A DNA stretch of 32,709 nucleotides from a virus. The translations under genes and the position numbers were made by a program. The stretch's first letter is position 1, and every line of letters starts with the position of its first letter. This document shows positions 1 through 7,532 of the stretch, one piece after another. The notes under the pieces are model-generated. The model was not told the origin of the DNA. It did not search any database and saw nothing but the letters and a program-made list of their open reading frames with translations. The stretch is taken from positions 1-32,709 of IMG/VR virus record IMGVR_UViG_3300045988_092706; one strand, 5' to 3'.

Positions 1-510
1 AAAACCAGCAAGCGCGAAAAAGACGGTGAAGATGAGGTTCTCTTTACTATCGATTATAATTATTTTCTCGACAACTTTGACGAATGGTTTGAAAAAATCG
101 AAGAGCCGACAACCAGCGTCCGCCGCACGCCAAAAATGGGCGAGGCGTACTTCTATGTCGACGAATATGGAAACGTAGAGCGTGAAATCTGGGACAACGA
201 CGGCGTGGATAATGAGCTTCTCGCTATGGGTTTTGTCCGCCTAACGCCAGAAGAGGCTACGGAAGCCCGCGACCGAAGGCTGGCAGAAGTTAGACTGCGC
301 CAGACCTCAGACTTTGAGCCAGACTTTGCGAAGGGCAAGGGTGGCTGGGTAGTTTGCTATGATTATCTAAATAAAAAGATAGACTGCTTTGACAGTATCT
401 GGAATGACTCAGGAGAACCAGTGCGCTACGCAACCAAAGAGGACGCTCTAAAATCAATCGAAAAAAACGAAGCCGACTGGAAAAAATACTTCGGCATTAA
501 GGAGAACTAA
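1..510 (+). CDS. hypothetical protein, 3' part of a gene spanning the circular junction (5' part at 32550..32709); about 204 aa in total
   Basis: Frame 1 is open from nt 1 (KTSKREKDGEDEVLFTIDYNYFLDNFDEWFEKIEEPTTSVRRTPKMGEAYFYV...). nt 1-55 are identical to 32655-32709 and in frame with GTG 32550. Stop TAA at 508-510. Confidence 0.55.
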   Translation, partial: KTSKREKDGEDEVLFTIDYNYFLDNFDEWFEKIEEPTTSVRRTPKMGEAYFYVDEYGNVEREIWDNDGVDNELLAMGFVRLTPEEATEARDRRLAEVRLRQTSDFEPDFAKGKGGWVVCYDYLNKKIDCFDSIWNDSGEPVRYATKEDALKSIEKNEADWKKYFGIKEN

Positions 511-514
511 ACCT

Positions 515-733
515 ATGGCAGGAAACAGAGAGGGCGGCTTAAAAGCCGCGCAGAAAAACAAAGCAAGTAACCCTAATTTTTATCGCGACCTCGGACGCAT
601 AGGCGGAAGCGCACGCGTACCGAAAGGCTTCGCCCTGAACCGCGAACTAGCGCGCCGAGCAGGCTCAAAGGGTGGCTCCATAAGCCGACGCCCGAAGCCT
701 CAGAAAACTGAAGCCGAAGACGCGGAAGTTTGA
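515..733 (+). CDS. KGG-repeat (YciG/GsiB-like) general stress protein homolog, 72 aa
   Basis: RBS AAGGAG 8 nt upstream of the ATG. Repeats GGLKAAQKN and GFALNRELARRAGSKGGS fit the KGG stress-induced repeat pattern (GF...E.A...G.KGG). Confidence 0.55.
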   Translation: MAGNREGGLKAAQKNKASNPNFYRDLGRIGGSARVPKGFALNRELARRAGSKGGSISRRPKPQKTEAEDAEV

Positions 734-739
734 TATAAT
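729..739 (+). promoter_or_regulatory. extended -10 promoter TTTGATATAAT (TG 731-732, -10 TATAAT 734-739)
   Basis: TGnTATAAT consensus. The same 11-mer recurs at 3915 and 27438. It is followed by a 225-nt leader before the next ORF. Confidence 0.45.
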
Positions 740-965
740 ACAGCTAAAGCACATTAACAGTCTATCTTAGCCGCGGAGCTAGAAGCACCAGCACAAAATT
801 ATTAAAAGATTAACTCAATTGATGATATACACACCGTTGGCGCTTCGACGCGGAGGCTCGTCGTACCTTTGTTCTTACGTAAAAAAGTTTTCTACCCGTT
901 TATCATAAACATATTTATCTTGCGAGCCTCCACCTAGCCCTGCGGCTAAGAAGCAGAGGTAAACA

Positions 966-1337
966 ATGAAAAGACAGACGCGACAATTAAGACCACGCGC
1001 AAAGCAGGTCGCGGAAATCCAAGGCTTGGGCGAGGGCTTTATTCACGCCCTGAAGCGAATTGCGAACTTCGCGAAAGCGGGTCAAGTGAAAAACACACGC
1101 GGCGCAATCAAAGACGCCAGCCGCTGGTCAATCGATTACGCGAGCGAACTGGCGCTATACGAATTAGAGCTTCTCGAGTATTGCTTTGAAAACGGCGCAG
1201 AGCCTGAGGAGCTGAAAGAATATATAGCAATGAGGCGGAGCGTTCACCGCGAAGCCAAGACAATAAGGTACTGGAATGAAAACAACAGCAGATGTGAACG
1301 GCTACGACGCGACAAGAAGAAAGAAGCTCAACAATAG
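966..1337 (+). CDS. hypothetical protein, 123 aa
   Basis: ORF with RBS GAGG upstream (gcagaggtaaacaATG). Confidence 0.5.
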   Translation: MKRQTRQLRPRAKQVAEIQGLGEGFIHALKRIANFAKAGQVKNTRGAIKDASRWSIDYASELALYELELLEYCFENGAEPEELKEYIAMRRSVHREAKTIRYWNENNSRCERLRRDKKKEAQQ

Positions 1338-1512
1338 AGTAACCTCAACTAAAATCGAGAGAGCTATTATCGAGGCGAAGCGCGAGTGCGAAGACCTAAA
1401 CACAATCCAGGACTACGCCCTATTTTTGATTGACCACAGCGCGTACTGGCGCAGAGTGGGCTATCACGAAATCACGCGGCAATTAAAAGACTACTACTCA
1501 AAACAGGGGTAG
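1276..1512 (+). CDS. hypothetical protein, 78 aa (overlaps the upstream ORF by 62 nt in another frame)
   Basis: ORF only; the start is uncertain. Confidence 0.3.
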   Translation: MKTTADVNGYDATRRKKLNNRVTSTKIERAIIEAKRECEDLNTIQDYALFLIDHSAYWRRVGYHEITRQLKDYYSKQG

Positions 1513-1545
1513 TAGTTTTATTTTTATAAAGTTGTCCACAGGTCG

Positions 1546-1640
1546 AAAAAAAAGTATAAAAATCTCCACAAAAACCCTTGCATTTATTGAGAGGGTACAA
1601 TATACTAAGAACATAGCAAACGTAAGAACAAAGGAGAAAA
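1546..1640 (+). promoter_or_regulatory. promoter/leader cassette copy A: -35 TTGCAT 1578-1583, 17-bp spacer, -10 TATACT 1601-1606, conserved leader CATAGCAAACGTAAGAACAAAGGAG
   Basis: Near-identical to 31504-31600 and related to 25195-25279. Sigma70-like geometry. Confidence 0.6.
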
Positions 1641-1644
1641 CGCT

Positions 1645-1851
1645 ATGACTAAAAACTTTCAACCTTTCACAATGAGCCTCATCGAGGACATCGAAGCAGG
1701 CAACGCGAAAATTGACGGAGGAGGCGCCGCTATCAGGAACCGCCAGACGGGCGAAATCAGCTGGGCTTACACGGAATACTTCACAAATGACAGGAACTGG
1801 AACAAGCTCCTAGCATTTTACGACATCGACGCTGACACAATCGTCTACTAA
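1645..1851 (+). CDS. hypothetical protein, 68 aa
   Basis: First ORF downstream of cassette A; RBS AAGGAG. Confidence 0.5.
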   Translation: MTKNFQPFTMSLIEDIEAGNAKIDGGGAAIRNRQTGEISWAYTEYFTNDRNWNKLLAFYDIDADTIVY

Positions 1852-1861
1852 AACAAACAAT

Positions 1862-1889
1862 AACGGGGGCGACCACCACCGCCCCCGCC
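1862..1889 (+). other. GC-rich stem-loop (CGGGGGCG / CGCCCCCG) without a U-tract
   Basis: Perfect 8-bp inverted repeat flanking ACCACCAC, in an intergenic position. Confidence 0.35.
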
Positions 1890-1901
1890 AGGAGATAAAA
1901 A

Positions 1902-2087
1902 ATGACAAAACTATACAACACAGCACTAGCAACATTAACAGCCTACGCAATTGCGCCCGAAGCAATCGCTACAGCGGTACTTATCATAGCGCTAACAATA
2001 AATGCTATCATTTATATAAATAAAACCCAGCAGAGCGCGCTAGCCGAGCCAGCACGCCGAGCATTAAGACGACAGAGAGGACTCTAA
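1902..2087 (+). CDS. small hydrophobic (membrane) protein, 61 aa
   Basis: ORF with a long hydrophobic stretch ALATLTAYAIAPEAIATAVLIIALTINAIIYI. Confidence 0.45.
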   Translation: MTKLYNTALATLTAYAIAPEAIATAVLIIALTINAIIYINKTQQSALAEPARRALRRQRGL

Positions 2088-2089
2088 AG

Positions 2090-2926
2090 ATGATTGAAAA
2101 AGTCAACCCAGACCACCCCGACAAATTAGCCGACCGAATAGCAGGCGCCCTCGTGGACTACGCCTATGAGGAGCAAGACGCTCCACGCGTAGCCTTTGAG
2201 GTGCTTCTCGGACACGGAGAGGTGAATATCATAGGTGAGAGCTCGGTATACGTACCGCGCCGCGTAGCCAAGCAAATCATAACGCGAATATTGAAGCACG
2301 AGGACTACAACCTGAATATGAACATTGTCGAGCAGGACGTGCGCTTAGCCGCGAACCAAGCCGAAGAACCACGCGCAGGTGATAACGGTATCTTCGCAGG
2401 CGAGCCAATCGACAAAGAGCAGTCGCTTCTTTCAAAAATCGCCCGAGGTATTCATCAAAAATACAACTCAGACGGTAAGTATATACTCGATATGAAGGCG
2501 GAGCGCCTCATCATCTGCCAGAGCGACGCAGAAGAGAACGCGCTAAGAGTAGACCTTTATAAAATCCTGGACGAAATCAAAGCCGAGGAGCTAAAAGACT
2601 ACGACATTGTTATAAATCCACTCGGCTTATGGTCGGGCGGCGAGAACGTCGACGCAGGAGCAACCAACCGCAAACTCGGCTCAGATATGGGCAGAGCCGT
2701 AACGGGCGGAGGGCTTCACGGTAAAGACCTCAGCAAAGCAGACGTAGCCGTGAACATTTACGCGCACATCATAGCCACAGGCAACAACAAGCGCAAAGAA
2801 TTAAGCTGCGCAATCGGCGACAACGAAATAGACGGAGTGCCCTACAAAGACATCGTGCTAATCGCCAAGCAATACGTCGACGAAATCGGAGGCTTCGAAC
2901 GCCTCGCAGAATGGGGGTTAGCATAA
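2090..2926 (+). CDS. metK: truncated S-adenosylmethionine synthetase (MetK/MAT) homolog, 278 aa
   Basis: N-terminal HPDKLADRIAGALVD aligns with MetK GHPDKIADQISDAVLD. RAGDNGIFAG aligns with GAGDQGLMFG. DAGATNRKLGSDMGRAVTGGGLHGKDLSKAD aligns with [34 protein letters not shown]. About 100 aa shorter than bacterial MetK. Confidence 0.75.
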   Translation: MIEKVNPDHPDKLADRIAGALVDYAYEEQDAPRVAFEVLLGHGEVNIIGESSVYVPRRVAKQIITRILKHEDYNLNMNIVEQDVRLAANQAEEPRAGDNGIFAGEPIDKEQSLLSKIARGIHQKYNSDGKYILDMKAERLIICQSDAEENALRVDLYKILDEIKAEELKDYDIVINPLGLWSGGENVDAGATNRKLGSDMGRAVTGGGLHGKDLSKADVAVNIYAHIIATGNNKRKELSCAIGDNEIDGVPYKDIVLIAKQYVDEIGGFERLAEWGLA

Positions 2927-2984
2927 TGTAAAGGAGGGAGCGAGGAATAACCAGACACTAAACTAAAGCAAGGAGTAAACAAGA

Positions 2985-3149
2985 ATGAACCCAGAACGAA
3001 GAAACGCACGCGACGGAGCCAACTACGTCCGAATACAGAAGGGACACAGCGTCCTTATGCACGTATTGCTAGCATTTTTTACAATGGGCTTTTCGCTAAT
3101 ATGGACAATCTACTACGCGATATCGCCGAACCACTACTTTCACGCATAG
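2985..3149 (+). CDS. small membrane protein, 54 aa (not in the ORF track, below the size cutoff)
   Basis: ATG 2985 preceded by AAGGAG. Sequence MNPERRNARDGANYVRIQKGHSVLMHVLLAFFTMGFSLIWTIYYAISPNHYFHA. Stop TAG at 3147-3149. Confidence 0.4.
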   Translation: MNPERRNARDGANYVRIQKGHSVLMHVLLAFFTMGFSLIWTIYYAISPNHYFHA

Positions 3150-3165
3150 AGAGGAGCAGAAGAAA

Positions 3166-3411
3166 ATGTTTTACAACAAGCACAAGACCGTAGACTACGA
3201 CTACAGCGCAACCATAGACGAAATCGACGAGCGACAGCAGGCACTAAACTACATCGCCGAATTATCAGAAGCAGACAAGACCGCCTTCTTCGAAGCCGCG
3301 GAACTCATCTGGCGAGGATACGAACGACTTCGCCAAATGGAAAAACACACCACCACGCAAACAATCGAGCAACCAACTAAAGAAGAGGAGAACTTAAACT
3401 ATGAAATCTGA
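3166..3411 (+). CDS. hypothetical protein, 81 aa
   Basis: ORF with RBS GAGAGGAG upstream. Confidence 0.5.
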   Translation: MFYNKHKTVDYDYSATIDEIDERQQALNYIAELSEADKTAFFEAAELIWRGYERLRQMEKHTTTQTIEQPTKEEENLNYEI

Positions 3412-3850
3412 GAAAGAACTAAAAGCTATATCTGTAGAAATCCACGTACAGGAGCTGAGGGGCGAAAGCGGCGAAATGGTAGACCGCGCAATAGGAAAAT
3501 CCGAGGGCTTCTTTCTTCTACTAATCGTATTAACGATTGGTCTAAGCAACGTCATAGCGCAGGGAATAATTAAAGGCTTTGACCTACTGGGCATTTTGAT
3601 ACTCATCTTCGGTCTTATTATCGAAGTACGAACGATTAAGGAAGTTATGGACTACGAAAGCGCACTAGTAGAAGGAGCCAAGCTGGCTATCTTTGTAGGC
3701 GAATGCCTCGACGAAACCGAGCGCGAGGAAGTCATAAAGAAAGCCAAAGCCGCAGAAAAGAAAGCCGCACCAAAGAAACGCAAGCCACGCACAAAGAAAT
3801 CAGAAGCGAAAGCGGACGACAAACCAAGCAAGAAAGCAAGCACTAAATAA
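3401..3850 (+). CDS. membrane protein with a lysine-rich histone-H1-like C-terminal tail, 149 aa
   Basis: Two predicted TM segments (FFLLLIVLTIGLSNVIAQGII, LLGILILIFGLIIEV). C-terminal tail KKAKAAEKKAAPKKRKPRTKKSEAKADDKPSKKASTK. Confidence 0.5.
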   Translation: MKSEKELKAISVEIHVQELRGESGEMVDRAIGKSEGFFLLLIVLTIGLSNVIAQGIIKGFDLLGILILIFGLIIEVRTIKEVMDYESALVEGAKLAIFVGECLDETEREEVIKKAKAAEKKAAPKKRKPRTKKSEAKADDKPSKKASTK

Positions 3851-3886
3851 AGAACGAACACACAGGCACCTGAAAAACACAGAAGG

Positions 3887-3916
3887 CTCCGAGAATAACA
3901 ACATCTCGGGGCTTTT
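3887..3916 (+). terminator. rho-independent terminator
   Basis: Stem CTCCGAGA/TCTCGGGG with a 9-nt loop, followed by CTTTTT. Confidence 0.6.
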
Positions 3917-3925
3917 TGATATAAT
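3915..3925 (+). promoter_or_regulatory. extended -10 promoter TTTGATATAAT (-10 3920-3925), 6 nt upstream of the putative TerS ATG
   Basis: Same 11-mer as at 729 and 27438. The predicted TSS coincides with ATG 3932, so the mRNA would be leaderless. Confidence 0.45.
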
Positions 3926-3931
3926 GCAATT

Positions 3932-4534
3932 ATGACAGAGAATACGCAAACAGAGGTAAAAGAACCGACAGCTCCAACCAAGGACTGGACACCAACCCCA
4001 CCAAGCAAAGAAGCACAGAACGCGAAACGACGACGCGACGCGGTTATGATTGAGCATAAATTGGCGGGCGATGAGAAGAGTTTTACAGAGCTGGCAAGGG
4101 AAACCGTCGTAGTTGACACATCGCAAAAATTGAAACGGGACAAGCACGGTCGCTTCATAAAAGGCACAGGCGTACCCGCAGGATTAGCCGTAAATCCACA
4201 GAACCGAAGCGCGGGCGGCTGGACTAACAAAAATATGATATCTTACTGGTATAAATACTTTATGAAAATGACCACCGCACAGGCGCGACGCTGGCTATCG
4301 AAGGTACCAGAAGACGAGAGAACCGTCGCGCAGGAGATAGCCTTTGCAAGAATTACCGACGCACGCAAGGGTGGTAAAATCGGATTGAATACTACCCAGG
4401 AAATCACAGACCGCACGGAGGGTAAGGCTCCGCAGTTTGTGAACACAAGCATAACGACCTCATCAATCGAAAGCCTGAACCTGACGAACGAAGAACTCGC
4501 ACAAATCGCATTTAACGACGTAGACGAGGACTAA
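3932..4534 (+). CDS. terS: putative terminase small subunit, 200 aa
   Basis: Position immediately upstream of TerL. Basic N-terminal region. No SD sequence, consistent with a leaderless start. The assignment is positional. Confidence 0.4.
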   Translation: MTENTQTEVKEPTAPTKDWTPTPPSKEAQNAKRRRDAVMIEHKLAGDEKSFTELARETVVVDTSQKLKRDKHGRFIKGTGVPAGLAVNPQNRSAGGWTNKNMISYWYKYFMKMTTAQARRWLSKVPEDERTVAQEIAFARITDARKGGKIGLNTTQEITDRTEGKAPQFVNTSITTSSIESLNLTNEELAQIAFNDVDED

Positions 4535-4649
4535 AAACCCGCCTCGTGATATTTTCACGAAAAGGGGGGCGGCAAAAAGACAACCAAATTGCCGCGAAAA
4601 TGAACGCCAAGCCGAAAAATCGGCAAAAAATGGTAAAAAAATATATCAT

Positions 4650-6125
4650 ATGGAGCATATCACGCAGGAACAGGCTCGAGAAATACGCCGAGAACTACAG
4701 AAGCAAGCGCTCGTAAAGCTAGCGCCATATAACCTGTATGCATATGCGAAGGTTATGCGCCCGTCATTTTACCGCGCAGACAGACCGCACTTAAAACAGA
4801 TGTGCGACATATTGCAGTACTTCCTCACCGAAGACCACGGCTATCAATTCTTACTACTCGACGCACCACCACGCCACGGAAAGAGCCTCACAGGACAGAC
4901 CGCGGTGGAGTGGGTCTTTGGCAAGAACCACCTGCTCAAAGTTATGACAGGGAGCTACAACGAAACGCTCTCAACCACCTTCGCCGAAAGCGTGCGCAAC
5001 ACGATAGCCAGCCAGAAGGCAGAAGACCAAACAGTTGTATATAGCGACATCTTTCCATACACAACCCTCCAATCAGGAGAGAGCAGTAAAGCGCTCTGGG
5101 CTTTGAAGGGAAGCTATGGCAAATCGTACCTGGCAACCAGCCCGAAGGGTACCGCGACGGGCTTTGGCGCGAACCTGCTCGTGCTTGACGACACGATTAA
5201 GAGCGCGGAAGAAGCGCTGAACGAGCGAACCCTACAGCAAATCTGGGACTGGTTCACAAGCACAATGCTTCAGCGAATGGAGGGCGACTGGCGCGTGATT
5301 GTCATTATGACCCGCTGGGCAACTGGCGACATCGCGGGCAGGATTAAATCCTCATACGGCGAGGATAAGGTTCTGGAGCTGAACCTGAAAGCAATCGACG
5401 ACAATGGAAATATGCTTTGCCCGAGCATTTTATCACGGGAAGACTACGACCTGAAGACGCAGGAAATGCTTCCAGCCATTGCCGCCGCGAACTATCTCGG
5501 CGAGCCAATGGACGTCAAGGGAGTGCTTTATAAGAGCCTGAACACCTACGCGATTATGCCGCAGACCGACGACGAGCGCGTTTGGGCTTATTGCGACACC
5601 GCAGACACAGGAAGCGACTACCTCTGTATGATTGTCTACAAGATTATCGACAGCGAGGCGTACGTGCTTGACGTCGTCTTTACCGACGAGGATATGGACA
5701 CCACCGAAACAGAGGTCGCGGATTGCCTTTATCGCAATAACGTAACGAACGCCACTTTCGAAAGCAACAACGGCGGACGGCTTTATAGCAAGAATATCGA
5801 GCGACGCCTAGCCGAGAAATACGCAAGCAATAAAACAGTCATCGAGGCAGTGCCGCAACACAAGAATAAGGAGGCGCGTATTCTTTCATCAAGCGCGTGG
5901 GTACAGAAACACGTTTATATGCCAGAGTCGTGGAGTAGTCGCTGGCGAGCTTTTCACACCAACGTCGTGTCGTATCAGAGCAAAGGCAAGAACGCGCACG
6001 ACGACGCGCCAGACGTCCTGGCAAGCATTTACGAGCATATCACCGCGCAATCACCGCCAGTACTGTATAATAAAAGCATATTGACGAACGGCGCCAACAT
6101 CAGCCGTCGCCGCGGATTATTCTAA
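4650..6125 (+). CDS. terL: terminase large subunit, 491 aa
   Basis: Walker-A-like LLLDAPPRHGKS. Acidic nuclease-domain residues (DTADTGSDY...VLDVVFTDE). Position upstream of the portal. Confidence 0.8.
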   Translation: MEHITQEQAREIRRELQKQALVKLAPYNLYAYAKVMRPSFYRADRPHLKQMCDILQYFLTEDHGYQFLLLDAPPRHGKSLTGQTAVEWVFGKNHLLKVMTGSYNETLSTTFAESVRNTIASQKAEDQTVVYSDIFPYTTLQSGESSKALWALKGSYGKSYLATSPKGTATGFGANLLVLDDTIKSAEEALNERTLQQIWDWFTSTMLQRMEGDWRVIVIMTRWATGDIAGRIKSSYGEDKVLELNLKAIDDNGNMLCPSILSREDYDLKTQEMLPAIAAANYLGEPMDVKGVLYKSLNTYAIMPQTDDERVWAYCDTADTGSDYLCMIVYKIIDSEAYVLDVVFTDEDMDTTETEVADCLYRNNVTNATFESNNGGRLYSKNIERRLAEKYASNKTVIEAVPQHKNKEARILSSSAWVQKHVYMPESWSSRWRAFHTNVVSYQSKGKNAHDDAPDVLASIYEHITAQSPPVLYNKSILTNGANISRRRGLF

Positions 6126-6145
6126 GAAAGGGAACACCGCCAAAA

Positions 6146-7528
6146 ATGAGCAAAGCCTTTAAACCATTTACACAAGCACCAGACACAGACCTACACAGCG
6201 TCGACGTTGTGAAAGCCGCGATAGCCTACAACACGAAATTAAAAGCGCGCCTGGACAAATTAGAGAACTACTACTTCGGCGACCACGACATCAACAGCCG
6301 TCAAACGCAGTCAGGCGTGAACAACAAGGTAGTAGTGAACCACGCGAGCTACATCACCGACGTGAATGTCGGCTACTTTTTGGGAAGCCCCGTGGATTAT
6401 GAAACAAGCGAGGGCGTCAACATCGAACCAATTATGGACGAATACGACCGCCAGGTCATCGCAGACCTCGACAGCGAAATAGCCCGCGACGTATCAATAT
6501 ACGGCTACGCCTACGAATACATCTACACAGACGAGAACAGTGCTATCTTCAGCGCGCACTATGACCCGCGCAACGTCGTGCTAGTGCGCGACAATACCGT
6601 CAAGCAGTCGAAAATCGGCGCGATTATTTACATACCGCAGACGGACGACAACGGAACCATTAAGAGCTATACGGTCTACATCGCGGACAAGGAATACGTA
6701 GCCGAATACACGACCGAAGCCGAGCCTAAGAAATTAACAGAGGTAAAACCAAAGCACGCGCACGCAATGGGTGACGTCCCAGTGATTGAATACCGCAACA
6801 ACCCAGCACGCACGGGCGACTTCGAGGGCGTTATCGGATTGATTGACGTCTACAACGTATTGCAGAGCGACCGAATTAACGACAAGGCGCAACTGGTCGA
6901 CGCAATCCTCGCGCTCTATGGAGTGTCATTAACCAACCAGCAGGTAGAAGACCTGAGAAACAACCGCGTCATCTCATCGATACCGAAAGACGCAAAAATA
7001 GAATACATCGTCAAGCAATTAAACGAGTCAGACGCCGAAACGCTTCGCACTTCGATTGAGAAAGACATTCACAAAATCAGCAAGACGCCGAATATGTCAG
7101 ACGAGAACTTTGCAGGCAACTCGTCAGGGGTAGCCCTGAAGTACAAGCTTTTGGCAATGGAGCAGAACATCAAGACCAAGGAACGCTACTTTGAGCGCGG
7201 ACTAATGGAACGTATGGCAATCTACGCAAGCTTCCTCAAGGTCAAGAACAACACCGAGCCAATCACCGCCCGCGACGTTGACGCGAAGTTTACGCGAAGC
7301 CTGCCAGCAAACGACCTGGAAGTAAGCCAGATGATAAACAACTTAACCGACCACGTCGACGACGAAACGCTAATTAGCCAGCTGTCCTTTGTCCGCGACG
7401 CCAGCGAGGTTATCGAGCGATTAAAAGCCGACAAGGAAGACGAGCAAGCAAGCAACGCCGACGACATCAGTAAACTCGAAGAAGCCGAGCCAATAGAACC
7501 AGCAAAGCCAGAAGTAGCCGAGGAGTAG
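6146..7528 (+). CDS. portal protein (SPP1 gp6-like), 460 aa
   Basis: Size and position after TerL. N-terminal LENYYFGDHDI resembles the conserved SPP1-family portal motif. Confidence 0.7.
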   Translation: MSKAFKPFTQAPDTDLHSVDVVKAAIAYNTKLKARLDKLENYYFGDHDINSRQTQSGVNNKVVVNHASYITDVNVGYFLGSPVDYETSEGVNIEPIMDEYDRQVIADLDSEIARDVSIYGYAYEYIYTDENSAIFSAHYDPRNVVLVRDNTVKQSKIGAIIYIPQTDDNGTIKSYTVYIADKEYVAEYTTEAEPKKLTEVKPKHAHAMGDVPVIEYRNNPARTGDFEGVIGLIDVYNVLQSDRINDKAQLVDAILALYGVSLTNQQVEDLRNNRVISSIPKDAKIEYIVKQLNESDAETLRTSIEKDIHKISKTPNMSDENFAGNSSGVALKYKLLAMEQNIKTKERYFERGLMERMAIYASFLKVKNNTEPITARDVDAKFTRSLPANDLEVSQMINNLTDHVDDETLISQLSFVRDASEVIERLKADKEDEQASNADDISKLEEAEPIEPAKPEVAEE

Positions 7529-7532
7529 GCGC

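Noticed and set aside
734-965. tRNA or tmRNA in the long non-coding stretches (also 32104-32292)
   Set aside because: No cloverleaf-compatible arrangement and no GTTCGAATC-like T-loop were seen. No tRNA is called.
1276-1337. Programmed frameshift joining ORFs 966..1337 and 1276..1512
   Set aside because: No X_XXY_YYZ slippery heptamer in the 62-nt overlap. Treated as ordinary overlapping genes with an uncertain start.
4802-5044. 80-aa Arg-rich ORF inside terL
   Set aside because: Alternative-frame artefact within a well-supported terminase gene.
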